Source: Felis catus
Taxonomy: Eukaryota
NCBI RefSeq assembly: GCF_018350175.1
Contig: NC_058368.1
Coordinates: 67,582,001 to 67,646,000, forward strand
Reading direction: 5' to 3'
Length of the DNA: 64,000 nt
Position 1 is the first letter of the stretch. Every line of letters starts with the position of its first letter. The position numbers and the translations under genes were made by a program. The notes beneath the pieces are model-generated. The model was not told the DNA's origin. It saw nothing but the letters and a program-made list of their open reading frames with translations, and did not search any database. Below, one piece after another: positions 12,424 to 25,689 of the stretch.

Positions 12424-12802
12424 TGTGTTAGTTAGCTCAGAATGCTGCCACAGAATACCACAGACTGGGTGGCTTAAACAACAGAAATTTACTAATTTTC
12501 AATCAAGAGGCCGGCTGATTCTGTTTCTGGTGAAAGCCCTCTTCCTGCCTTGGAGGCAGCCACCATGTTGCCACGTGCTCACATGACCTCTGCTTTGTGT
12601 GTGTGTGAGGCGAGAAAGAGAGCTCTCTCTCTTCCTCTTCTGTAAGGATATAAATCCTATTGGATTAGGGCCCAAACTGTAAAATCTCATTTAACCTTAA
12701 TTAGCCCCTAAAGGCCCCATTTCCAAACACAGTCACAGGAAGGGTAGGGCTTCACCATATAAATTTCAGGGGAGGTGGAGACAACAATTAAGTCCACAGC
12801 AA
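12424..12802. mobile_element. MaLR solo LTR (MLT1A/B-like)
   Basis: ATACCACAGACTGGGTGGCTTAAACAACAGAAATTTA and TAAATCCTATTGGATTAGGGCCC motifs. Confidence 0.75.
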
Positions 12803-13017
12803 CACCGAACCTTGGGCCTGCCATACACCTCGTGCACAGCCTTACACCACTCCATTTTCTACATTGAAATATGATTAAAAAGTTACACAGAATAAAGAAT
12901 CAAGAGGACATAAACACTATACTTGAAAACAGACCTGACAGATTAATGATAAATTTCAAAACAAAAGTATATAATAAAATGACATATATAGAATATAGAA
13001 TAAAAATATTATCTCAC

Positions 13018-13120
13018 AATCAATAACTGGGCCATCTTCTGTGCCTCTCTTGTCAATGGATCAACAATAGCAATGACATCAAAGAACATACCATTCTCTT
13101 GAGGCTTTATCTTTATAATG
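13018..13120 (-). CDS. UGGT2: UGGT2 internal exon (approx. 25), 103 nt, phase 2-0
   Basis: (S)IIKIKPQENGMFFDVIAIVDPLTREAQKMAQLLI; cgtag acceptor, GTGAGA donor. Confidence 0.95.
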
Positions 13121-15065
13121 CTACGAAAATAGAAAATAAGATGAAAGGGGATGAGTTAAATCTCTAATTATCTAATAAACCTTAATCTCAGCTATACACA
13201 TTCTTATAAATTGTTCTCTTTCTCACTAGATTAAAAAAACCTGGTTATTTCACAGATGAAAATGCAAATTTAAAAGCCTCATGTTTGTGTTCAATAAACT
13301 ACAAAACTGGAAGGAAACAGAGAAAATAAGAACTTATGAACGAGTGATTTTTAAAAACTCTTCAAAGAACAATACTATTACAGTGAAAACTCTAACTTTA
13401 ACCTCCCCCAAATTCTCATGGACCATACAACATAAAAAATAAAACCAGGTTACTTTTGTGTTGGTTGAATATATTTTTTCAGATTTGAGAATAAAATTAA
13501 CTGTTCAGTAGTTTTTTTGAATTTAGTATTTAAAAAACTCCAATATATCATATAACAGGAAAGTTCAGGAGGTAAAAGCCCAAATTTATCATACTTATTT
13601 TTGGCCCCAGGCACCTTCTCCCGAGCTCCTCCTCTCAGTCTTCCTGCTTGTTTCTTTCACTGAACTAAGTTCTAAGTTGGAAGATGGACTCATCGTTACA
13701 AGGAACACAGAGCACAGAAGAGGCCAGTGAAAGATAATAAATTTTATATTTAACGTAATTCAAAGTTAAAAGTATATACTTGACTAAAAGTACAGAATAT
13801 TCAATTGAATTACTGTTTTAACACTGTAATAATACAGGAAGTCAGTTTTTTGAGATGTATGAATTATATTTTATGTATTACAAAGGGATGAAGGTTACCA
13901 AATCAAAATGTATCCCTGTAAAATTACAGGGATATAGTCTTCTTTGGTGCAGAAAGACTATAAATATCTAGACTTTTTGCAGCGAAGGGATGAATTTCTC
14001 AGCAATGAAAGTTAACATAAAAGTCACTTCAAATATGGGTCCTTGACAAAGAAATGAAAGATATTTTATTTTATATGAAGTTGACATGATTTAATTTTGT
14101 GAAAAATAGGAGTGACAGAATCAGACAACATATCCTGCTACGGAACTATTACTAGAAATAAGGACTACAAATCAGAAGTTTTAAAACTGAAGAGACTATC
14201 TACAGTGGTTAATTACTTTAGTTATGTTGGTGACAATTTTACCAATTATTGCTATACTTGTAGCATTACTCAAAACTTGTATTTTCTGTATGTGCTGTTA
14301 TGGTGGCTAAAAGCAGGCATCTGTTTATTCAGACTACTGCCGATTGGCTAAAACTGCCAATATGCCCAAACTGCCAAAACTGGTTATTTTCTGTTGTGGA
14401 GGCTAAAGCAGGCATCTGTTTACTCAGACGACTGCCGATTCTGTGAGGCTGTCTGTATCCGAATCCAACAGTCCCTCTCCATCATCTATTTCTACATGCA
14501 TTGATGTAGACTCATGACCATTTTCTGAGCAAAATCCTGAGCCTATTAGTAGGTATTACATTGACTAATCTAAGAATGGAAGCAGCACATCTCTTTTCCC
14601 ATACAATATTAACAAAAAGATGCTAATTCCACCTACACCACCTTTTTAAGGCAATGGATGTGTATTCAATTGCCAAGAAACTAGTGTTACACTTTATGCC
14701 ATTAGCAAGGAAGAATGATGTCAAGTGCACTGACAGTCAATAATTATTAAAAGCTTACGTCAAAGAGAGCAATGAAGGTTGGCTTGAGGTAGGTATGTGC
14801 AGCCCTTCAAGTCTTAGGGATAAACTAAGCACATTTCAAACAGGCCACCGCAGCAGGAAGATGCTCAGCCAATATCATATCCATTCCATGCAGAGATGTT
14901 CTACTGAATTAAGTCTGTTATGATGTTATTAGTTTGTATATAAAGACAGGTCAAGCCACCCATCTTAAAAGATGTTGAAGACACTATTCGTTCTATAGTA
15001 TTCCCTCCGCAAAGATTTCTCAGAGAATTTCTGTGTCCTCCCTCTTCTAAAAACAGTTACATTTC

Positions 15066-15194
15066 GAGGGTTGATGGGGGGTGGGAGATGGGTATTAAGG
15101 AGGGCACCTGTTGGAATGAGCACTGGGTGTTGTATGGAAACCAATTTGACAATAAATTTCATATTAAAAATAATAATAACAAAAATAAATAAAT
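15066..15194 (+). mobile_element. ~130-bp 5'-truncated felid L1 tail
   Basis: GAGCACTGGGTGTTGTATGGAAACCAATTTGACAATAAA; TSD ACAGTTACATTTC 15053-15065 / 15195-15207. Confidence 0.9.
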
Positions 15195-16582
15195 ACAGTT
15201 ACATTTCACCTGAACAACTCCTCTGTTTCCATCGTGGACTTCATGAACCATGTAAACTGGAAAGCTTACAGTGAAACTTGGGGTGTGCTCATGGCAGGCA
15301 GAAAGAACGGCCATCCGCCTTGCAACCTCCTTTCCTTCCTGCTTGCACTGTGAGCTCCAAGCTCCAGCATCAATAGCCTCAGAGGGACTGCTTAACCAGC
15401 TCCTACAATTGTGTAAGGTCGAACCCTACAACAATTCTTTTATAAATGAATAATGAGTTCTCATCTACACAACCTCCACATGTGTATGCGCACATGTGCG
15501 CGCGCGCACACACACATTAACAGCATTCCAACTGCTCTGATTAAGCCCTGCTTGTACAGTCCAGCATTGCTAATGTGCTTCTCTCTACCTTTCCTAGGCT
15601 TCCAACACAGAATCCAACAAAGTCATTCTTCCTTCATTAAATTAATACCTTCACTTAGGTTATCATTAAGTTTTGCTGACCTGGATCCTACTTAAGGCAG
15701 GTATTCACATCTCTCCCCAGATTAAGAGGAGTTGATTTTATGGTTTAACTTTCAGGTCTAATCTTCTTTCTCTTATTTCCAAGTATCATTATTTGTGTAA
15801 CAAATACACATAATAGCTGCAATGCATTGAATATTTATTATATTCACGGCAGCAGGCCTGAGTCTCATAAAACCCTGGAAGGGTAGAACTCGACACCCGC
15901 ATTTTATAGATTAAGAAACTGAAGCTACGAGAAGTCACAGGGCCATGGTAGACTGGGATTCAAAAACTGGGTTTTTTGGACAAGAAAGCTCATGCTATGC
16001 TACACAACCAATGTTGACCCAGATGAATTTATCAGCATGGGTAAGCACATAGAAAACAAAAGTTAAATGCCTAAAGTATATACATGAACTCAGAAAATGG
16101 CAAATTATCTTATCTGCATGTTATAGAAGGCAGGCATTAGGTATTACTGTATAAACAGAGATGCACATCAATATGTACATACTGCATATCCATTTATACA
16201 TTTTTATAAATAACAGAAAAAATTGGAGAATTGCAAACCAATATCAAAAAGTCACATCATACCTTCTGTCTATATAAAATAAGGCAGTAGGCTTAAAAGC
16301 AACAGATGCATTGAGAGATTTGAAAGTTAGAGAAATTGAAAGTTAGAGAAAGGGAGCTGAAACTAACTGACAATAAACTATAAAAATCAGTTGTTTCAGA
16401 CATTTAACACGGGAGTAAATAAGTTCCAAACAAATCAAAATTCCTAAGTACAATATAGCTTAACAGAGCAGTCTAGTGACTAATGTTTACAGTGATGGTT
16501 TTGAGTAATTTGTGTTAAATTATTTCAGCACATGGCATTTAGAAGTCAAAGAAGTTTGTAAAAAGAATTCCCGTAGAAAAGA

Positions 16583-16824
16583 GGGGCACCTGGGTGGCTC
16601 AGTCGGTTGAGCATTTGATTCTTGATTTAGGCTCAGATCATGATCCCGGGGTAGTGGGATTGAGCCCCGTGTCAGGCTCCACACTCACTGTGGAGTCTGC
16701 TTAAGATTCTTCCTCTCTCTCCCTCTGTCCCTCTCCCCAGCTCTTGTGCTATCTAAAATAATAATAAACACTTACAAGTATTGAATCTTAGTTATCTGAA
16801 AAAAAATAAAATAAAAAAATAAAA
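16583..16824 (+). mobile_element. Older SINEC with an extended tail
   Basis: GGGGCACCTGGGTGGCTCAGTCGG head, CT region, two A-rich tracts. Confidence 0.88.
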
Positions 16825-17374
16825 CTTCCTTCCCAACAGTGCTCCTTTCTTTAGAAAGTTATTTTCCCTGAGTATACAACTGCACATGTGTAAAGACCTC
16901 TTGAAAGTCAGACTTCCTGGAGCTACAGCACGTATTACCATCTAGTGGTACACATGAGCAATGTAAGATTGCATCTACCATAAAATCAGAAAACTTACAA
17001 GGTACTCTCAGCCATCATGAGTCTATGTTAAGGTATTCATCTCAGTTGGGTTTTATAGGAGCACTGATTAGAAAAAGATCACACAATGAAACATGTCTAT
17101 AGGTTAATTATATAATGTCTATTTTTTCCTCCAATTCTATGCGGTCCCTAATTAAAAACAACAGAAAAGGTTCCCTTCGGGGGAAACAGATAATTGTATG
17201 TAAGTAGACAGAGCTTGATGAATTTCATTTCAAATATCTTAGAGCTGCAATTTCTTTTCCTAATCTTGTCAAATACATTTCTTCTCTAAAAATTTTTAAT
17301 TTGCTCTAAATTTTGCTATAAGTGGAAACCATAACTGAGTAAAGGATACAGTGACAGAAAATATATATTCTTAC

Positions 17375-17470
17375 CTGTGATTCTCTCTAAGAAATGTGAT
17401 ATCATACCGAGATTCACGTTTAGGCAAAGAGGAAATAAGGGCATCAGCTTTCATAACAAGGTCACTCATG
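17375..17470 (-). CDS. UGGT2: UGGT2 internal exon (approx. 24), 96 nt, phase 2-2
   Basis: (N)MSDLVMKADALISSLPKRESRYDITFLRENH+AG; cctag acceptor, GTAAGA donor. Confidence 0.95.
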
Positions 17471-17638
17471 CTAGGTAAACAAGATAAACAACAGATGAGT
17501 TTTTCTGAGGAGAAAGGTCCATATTTCATGTCACAATTAATGCCCTGAGAAATGGAAATTTAATGTAAAATATCTCCAATAGACAAGCTTTATATAAATG
17601 ACTTTTCTTCCAAATTTGTAAGTAGAATTTGTCAGTTT

Positions 17639-17764
17639 TTTTAAAAACTTATTTTGAGAGAGAGCAAGCATGGGGGCGGGGAGAGGGAAGGAGAGGGAGG
17701 GAGAGGGGGGGAGAGGGAAGGAGAGGGAGGGAGAGGGAGGGAGAGGGAGGGAGAGGGAGGGGTG

Positions 17765-17823
<59 letters not shown>

Positions 17824-17952
17824 TCCCAAGCGGTGTCCACGCTGTCAGCACAGAGTTCAACGTAGGGCTTGACCTCATGAACCGTAAGAGATCATGACCT
17901 GAACCAAAACCAAGAGTCGGATGTTTAGCCGACTGAGCCACCCAGATGCCCC
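17639..17952 (-). mobile_element. SINEC with a greatly expanded CT/GA region
   Basis: TSD TAGAATTTGTCAGTTT 17623-17638 / 17953-17968; ~150-nt purine tract. Confidence 0.93.
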
Positions 17953-18567
17953 TAGAATTTGTCAGTTTAAAGATGACTGCTGCTTTAAAAACCATCCTTT
18001 TTTTTTTTTATCATTGACATGATCTTTAAACACTTATAAGTAGTGTTCTTAACAGTGCCTGTAAGGATACGGTGCGTCATTCAATTCAAGGCAATATTTG
18101 CTGAGTGCTGGTTACGTGTTCAAGCACTGGAGCCCACCCAGGAAAGAAAGAAGGGCAGGAAGAACAAAAGGGAGAATTTCCAAAATAACTAAGAAGTCCA
18201 GACTTGTATGGTCACAAATTAGTTTGAAAACTAATTACGACTGCATAAAACAAATACCTAGATTAAACATAACCGAATTTGAAAATCCATGCCAGAGGAA
18301 ATGTATTATATGTTCACTGATACATTGGGGCAGAAAATGTTGGCTAAACTTTAAGGAAAGTTTTTGAAAAGAAAGAAACAAGAAAAGAAACGATAAGCAC
18401 TTCTTTTTTATAAAGAAATTCAGATGCAGAGTTGAGAACTTGTATCTCTCTACTATATCAGCTTTGACTACAAGGTTCTGACATGTAGGACTTCACATTC
18501 CTTCTATTTGTATTACACACCATATCTTTCACAGAGCATTGCTTAATGACCAGTTAATAAACCTGTT

Positions 18568-18767
18568 AAAAAAATTTTTTTTTTACATTTATTTATTTTT
18601 GAGAGACAGAGAGAGACAGAGCATGAGCAGGGGAGGGGCAGAGAGAGAGGGAGACACAAAATTGGAAGCAGGCTCCAAGCTGTCAGCACAGAGCCTGATG
18701 TGGGGCTCGAACTCACAAACCGCGAGTTCGTGACCTGAAGTCGGACACTTAACCGACTGAGCCATCC
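18568..18767 (-). mobile_element. Felid SINEC
   Basis: SINE motifs; near-TSD AATAA(A/G)CCTGTT. Confidence 0.88.
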
Positions 18768-19849
18768 AATAAGCCTGTTTTAAATGAGTAAATTAATCAA
18801 AATCATAATCTCTATTCCTAAACTCCCTCAAAGGTATTTATTAGCCACATAATCTCTAATATGTGAAATTGTAGACACAATGGAGGAAATATGGTTAAAC
18901 ATGCTCCCCATGTTTCAAGGAGACCATATGCACTAAGAGAAGAGGAAATGAGGAAAGGGAAAATTGGGGGCCCCAAACAGCCTTTTTGTAGATTCTCTCA
19001 ATTCTCTCTTTTTGCAAAATACTCTGAACTGCAGAAGGGAACATGCACGAGAAGGTCAGCACCTCCTGTCTAAGGAGTGGAGATGGTCTCCGAGCAGAGC
19101 AGGCAGTAATCACTCTGCTCCAGAAACAGGTGTCACGTGCTCCCCCAGCAATGGTTCCAAGGACTCTGTCTTTTGCACCCAGAGTTCCACCTTCCTAGGT
19201 AGCTAACTCTTGGGAGACATGAAAATAAGGACGCATATCTTAAACATATGTTCACATTTAAGCATATATGCATTTATTCTAACCACAACATGACGTGTTT
19301 AGCATTATGTGTGTGCATGCAATGACTTCAGACAATTAGAGGGGATGTTCTTATAGTTTAGTGTTGGTTTTTGTTGTTTCGGTGGTGGTTTTGGTCTGAA
19401 ATCCACCTCTAAAGTGGCTGAAATAGCTTCCCAAACCTATTTAAAACTATTTTTTGCCAGATCAGATTAAAAAAATTCGTTCTGAAATGTTAACGATATT
19501 TTCACAAAATTCAGTATGACTTATATGCTTTCCAACATAAGCTAGACCTAAATTATTTAACCAAAAATAACTTTTTTTGCTTTTTAAAGTTTTCTTTTTA
19601 AAATATCCACTTGAAAATAACTGTGGATATTATCTCTTTACTGCAGAAATGCCCTTACACTTTCCTACTTTATTTATAGTTTTCTATGTTAACATCATTT
19701 CCTAAATGATGAATTACTTCCTAAAGGAACAGATTAAGCAAGGACATCCATTTCATCCGAATCAGAATTCTGTATTTAAGACTAAGAATCAGAATTTTTA
19801 GTTCTGGCAGGAAGCCTAGTAGTATGCCATAAGATGTGTGGGTACACTG

Positions 19850-21948
19850 AAAGTAAATGGAAAAAGATAAAACAGAAAAGCATTAACCAAAAAGAATGTT
19901 GATGTGGCTTAAATACGAGACCCCACAGACTTTAAGACAAAATTATAGCAAAAGGAGTAATATATAATGATAAAAGGAACAATTCACTAGAAACATAATT
20001 CTGAATCAGAGTATATATAACTATAGCTCAAAATATTTAGAATAAAATTTGACAAAGTTGCAAGAATTAAATGACAGATCCATAATCATCATTGCAGTGT
20101 TTTAACAAACTTCATCTAGTAACTGACAGATAAAGAATAATTCAGTATTTCGATGGTTGGAAAAAAAATAGCATGTTCAAAATAATAAATGTGTAAAATC
20201 TTCCACACAATTAGAGAATAAGCCTTAAAAAAATCAGGCATGGAACAATGATAAAGATTAACGCTGTCTCACAAAATTTGTAGAAATAAATACCAAATAA
20301 TTGATTTTCATAAACCATGTTCTCTAATCAGAGTTCAAAAACAAACTGGAAATCAATTAATAACACACTGTGCCACTTAAAATTTTTAAAATGCATCTTA
20401 TTCATTTATTTATTCAATAAAGATTTACTGGATGTCTAACAAGATCTAGGCACAATTCCATATAAGGAAGATAACAATGATAAAATGGACAAGGAGTTTG
20501 CCTTCATGAAGAAGACACTATAAATATTTCAAAACATCTTAACAAGCAAATGTTAAAAAACCCAGAAATCTGAACATGTTAGCAATGAATCATAATGAAG
20601 CATTTATATATCACAACTTATGTGATACAGCTAAATAGAGTTTAGAAAGACACTTTTAAGCCTGTAATTTAAGGGTATGTAAGGAAAAAAAATGTGATAT
20701 TAAAAAGCTTAGAGCCCAACTTGAGAAGTTTATGAAAGAGAACAGATGAAAAAAATAGTAAAAACTGAAACTGATAAAAACAATCAAAACAATTAAGAGC
20801 CTGCCAGGTCCTAAATCTACATATATGAAAAGTAAAACAGTAAAATAAGTCTATCCTAAATTAAGCAAACTAGAACCAGAGAAAGGCCAACAGGAGATGT
20901 TTTAAAAGCTAGAAGTTAAAGTACGAAGCTGTTACAATTCACAAATGACATGAGCGTCTAACATCAGATAAAATGTTACAAAAAATAAGAGAGTTGAGCA
21001 AGGAAGATCAATATAGAATTTATTATTTATTATTTATTATAGAATTTATTATTATTCCTGTAATTTAGCAATAAACAATTTGAAAATATAAAGTACACTA
21101 TTTATAATATGGGCTAAAAGTATAAAGTACAAGGGAATAAATCTAAAACTACATGTGTAAAAACTCATGGGGAAAAAACGGAAGCTTCACCAAAGGACCC
21201 AAAAGGAACACTAAGTAAGTGTGTCAAACTATCTACCTACATATTCTTATATACATATGTTTATATATAAATCATATACCACAAATAAATTGTATGCCAG
21301 ATACATCAGTTATATACCTATATGTTATTTTATATGTTTTATATATTATACATTCATATAGCCATAAACAATATATGTATATATTTAACAGATGAGATAA
21401 TTTAATATTATATAAAGATGGCAATTCTTAAACTAATCTATAAATTCACGGAAATTCTCATAAAAATTCCAGGACAGTTTTTTGTAGAACTTGTTATGCT
21501 GGTTCTAATTACATTTATGTGGAAAAACAAGTAGCAAAAAACAATTGATGCAATTTTGAAGAAGAGACAGAAGAGAAAATTTTTGCTATTATCAAAATTT
21601 ATTATAAGGCTGTGGTAACTGGAGTGTGGGACTGGCATGAGACAGCATACCAGTGGAACAATATAAAGATCTAAGAAGAATTAAGGACATGAGCTCAGGT
21701 CATGATCTCAGTTCATGGGATCGAGCCCTGCATGGGGCTCTGTGCTGACAGTGCAGATCAGCCCCTCCTCTGCTCACTCACACATACACACTCTCTCTCA
21801 AAATAAATAAATACTTTTTTAAAAATCCAAGAAGAACTAAAGATATAAACCAATAAAAAAGCAAAACGGTAAAACTTTTAGAAGACAATAAAGGAGAATA
21901 TCTTTATGAACGCAGACTAGAAAAAAATTCTTATACATCCTACAGATA

Positions 21949-21979
<31 letters not shown>

Positions 21980-23100
21980 TCACTCCCTCCCTCCCTCCCT
22001 CCCTCACTCACACACAGAGACCACAGACAAACCATGACAGAAAAATCCTGATAATGTTTTGACATTAAAATAAAAATCATCTATGTATTTGGTAAAAAAT
22101 TGCAATAAAAAAGTAAATAGTCATGTCACAAACTAGAATATAATATTTGTAACACATATAACTGATAAAGATTAGTATACAGAATCACAGAGAATATGTT
22201 TATAGATCATTAAAAGAAGAAAAAAAGCCCAACAGATAACTGAGCAAAAGACACGAACAGGTATTTTACAGAAGGGTAAATGTGAATGAAAATAATCGTA
22301 TGAGAAGATACTTGACTTTACTAAGAGTCAAAGAAATGCAAAGTAAAACAAGCCACAATTTCACATCCACCAGACAGAGAAAATGATCAAGTCAGACAAC
22401 TCCAGGTATTGGTAAGAACCCGTGGAAACAGAACTTTCACCTTTCTGGTGGGAGTGTTAATTGCTGCAATGACTTTAAAGGGTATTTAACAATATCTGGT
22501 AAGGCTGAAGACATGTACACCCTACAACCCAACTGCAACACTCCTGTGCTCTAGAGAAACTCACACTGCACAAGGAGACACTGAAAGCCGGTTCACTCCA
22601 GCACTTCTGTAACAGTAAAAACACTAAAGCCAAGTTCACTGTACCTCAGTAATGGACTGCATAAACGAGCTACAGCATACTCATTAAACACCGAAAAGGA
22701 ATTAAAATGAACTGCGTACATGAACCTGGATGAAGCTCCAGAGGAAGTAGAGTGCAGAGGAACCTACAGGAAACAGAGTTTCTCTATAAAAGTCAGGCAT
22801 TCGACCCAAACAACACTGCTCATGGATATTCAGAAATGAAGCAAAGTATAAATATGAGTATGGAATCATGCACACAGCATTTAGGAAAATGGTTACTTCT
22901 CAGGGAGGATGGAGACTGTGTAGGTGGGTAAGAAACAAAGAGGACAGTGAGATCCAAGGCAAATAAAACAAACCATTAACATGTACAGTTTGGTGGTGGT
23001 GAGTATGTGGATGTCCTTTATTATCATTTTTAAATATTCTCTACATATCGCTTATATCTTCAATTGTGTACATATTTGAAATATTTTCTATTCTTAAAAA
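19850..23100 (+). mobile_element. Old, heavily decayed L1 (ORF2 remnants and 3'UTR) with a nested SINEC at about 21688-21812 and (CA)n/(TCCC)n at about 21947-22016
   Basis: A-rich plus strand with ORF2-like patches (AAAGATGGCAATTCT, AAAGAAATGCAAAGTAAAACA); boundaries approximate. Confidence 0.65.
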
Positions 23101-23164
23101 GAAAAAATAAGATGCAAAATAGCACATCCTGAAATGAATTTCTCTTATGATTTTAAATACTTAC

Positions 23165-23289
23165 TTCTTTGAGCTGATTTTCATATTTTCAACAACGCCT
23201 TTAATTTTCTCTACTAAATTAGTAAATGTTATCTTTTCCAAGAAGTAAAAATCTTCTGTATAGAAATTTTCATCTAAAGGTCCTAAGAA
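23165..23289 (-). CDS. UGGT2: UGGT2 internal exon (approx. 23), 125 nt, phase 0-2
   Basis: FLGPLDENFYTEDFYFLEKITFTNLVEKIKGVVENMKISSK+AA; less common AAG acceptor (ttttaag), GTAAGT donor. Confidence 0.94.
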
Positions 23290-25689
23290 CTTAAAATAAA
23301 AGTAGTTTTATTATTGTATACCTTCTAGAAGATAACAGTTTGGGACAAATATTTTCTCATCAAATAGATATTTAAACAACAACCGATTACCGATTAAACA
23401 GACGGTGGCGATCAATCCCACCACGTACTAAATCTACCGGGAGACAAAGAGAAAAAGGTTTTCTCACTTTCATATTACAAGTAACATTTGCATAAACACC
23501 AATATCTAACTGACAAAATAGAAAAGTAGTAAATTATTTCCATTAGAAAGTTTTACTTTGAAACATAATGCTTTCAAAAACCTAAGGCTTTTCATTCTAA
23601 GGTAAATTATGAAACGGTCTGTATTTCATGAGTCTTTTATTTTCAATTTGCTTTTCCATTCATCTATCAATTGTGGCCTACATGACGTAGATATGAATTA
23701 ATACATAAGCAAGGCATAAACGAGCAAAAAACCAAAGACAAATCACATAATCACTTAAACATACCAACCCATCTTCATGTAACTGATGCTGTATAAATGG
23801 TTTGGACCACAGTAAGGTCATGTATGCAAGTCGGCTGTGAACCAGTTAACTCTAGAGGAGGAGTTGTCAAATTGTCACATGCCTAATTTCGAAATTAATC
23901 CATGCAACATCATCATATTAGAATGCAAGCACCAATGTAGAAGGTGAGCCTGACAGTCTTATGCCCTAAACACTTACACTTAATGACAACCACAAAGTAT
24001 AGCATCCAGAATCCTTTTTTTCTTGGTAAACAGACCAGAATTAAATGGTTGTAGCAGACTTTCTCACTCCCTCGACTGCTTCATCTGCTTCTGCAATTAA
24101 TATTTTTCTAAAAATGAATGAGGTATAGTTCTTGAATTTTTTATTATTTGCTCATATCACAGGTGATATTAGCTGGGATGTTAGCATTCCAACTAAACAA
24201 ATATCATGTTTCACCCTTAAACATATAAAACGGGCTCTTCAAAATGAAAAAATGGATACCATAAAACTAAAAGTACACATAGAAACATTTCATTGCCTTA
24301 AGATTTGGTATCACTTTTGAGATACTTTGAAAGCACTTTCAATGTTATATTTTATGGACTATGAATAGGAGGCCTGGAAAATAGCTGAATTTTATCTGTA
24401 CCACCTCTATTGATTTGAGCAGTTTTGTTAATAACTCAGAAAAAGGAAATATAATCTCGAATTATTTTCTTAAGGGGTTAATTAGATTGGCTCTCTTCAT
24501 TGATTAAATTCACCAGAGAACTGGCTCTATTTCACCTATGTGAGTGCAGTGTGAAACAGCTAGGAGAAACTTGATTCTTGTGGGATAAAGTAACATAAAC
24601 AGTATAAAATCACATAATGTCTAAGTTGGGAAAAGGAACACTGAACTTGAAAATCATGTACAAACATAATAAAATGTATCTGGTGCTTCCATCTTCTTTA
24701 CAACATTTTGGAAATGTGATTTTTCAGTTATACGGAATAACTGTTGTAACAGAAATGCATTACCTCTGACAGCTCATTAAAATTTTAGAAAACTCTGTTA
24801 GAATGTTCATCCACACACTGAGCTTTATAAAAATCTCTCTCCACTCATGGACATCTCAGTATGATTCTATATTGACTCTCTCATCAAGTGTAACACAAAT
24901 CAGGTCTACAAATGTACCCACTATTTCTCATGACAGCCTTCAAATATTTAAAGAGAAAACAGGAATTAATATTTACTGAAAATCTGCTCTGTGTCTGGGG
25001 CTGTTTTATGTGCTTTACCTATAAAAGTATATTTAATCTCTGACAACTCTGTAAAATAGACCATCACCATTCCCACTGTCCAAATGATATTTCTCAACCA
25101 AGTCTCATAGAAGTCATATAATTAATTAATTAATGGTGAAATGGAATTCAAACAGAGATTTGTTTGGCTAAAAAAAAAAAAAAATAACAAAAAAGGCCCT
25201 GCTTCTCTACTGCCTGCTACGCCGTCTTTCGCCAATTTGTAAACATGTAGGTTAATGACAATAGATCTGTTATAATTATAGTGGCAGTATTAGAGTTTTA
25301 TTTAATACTAAAAATAAATGCATTTTTAATTCTTCAGCATATTAGTAAGAAAGTATGAGATAATCACCACCCCCCAGTTTTGATCATTCATAAACAACCT
25401 GAGTATGTTCCAATTCTAACAAACATTTGGACAGGTTCACGATGAAGGCTGATTCTAAAATGTCAGATTTCAAGCATTAAACGATCTGGCTGAGAGTTGT
25501 ACCTATCTGCTGCAATTGCTGTGACTACTGTGCTTTAAAGCCTCACTCTGAGAGTAACAAGCTAAGTATAACATTACACAGCTCTAAGCCACAGTACTTG
25601 CTTTCAGATACATTATACTTTTCTATTCAAATTACAGTTCCATAAATTAAAAAAATAAAATTATGATTTTCTACTAATCAACGCAAAAG

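Noticed and set aside
14295..14440. Repeat-spacer-repeat resembling a CRISPR unit
   Set aside because: Only two copies, in a mammalian intron, no cas genes
16320..16351. 16-bp tandem duplication TTGAAAGTTAGAGAAA (similar small ones near 29445 and 50111)
   Set aside because: Ordinary slippage-scale duplications
17537..17995. ERER/SLSL ORFs and other SINE-derived ORFs (MAQSV.RPTSAQV)
   Set aside because: SINE sequence and its GA tract
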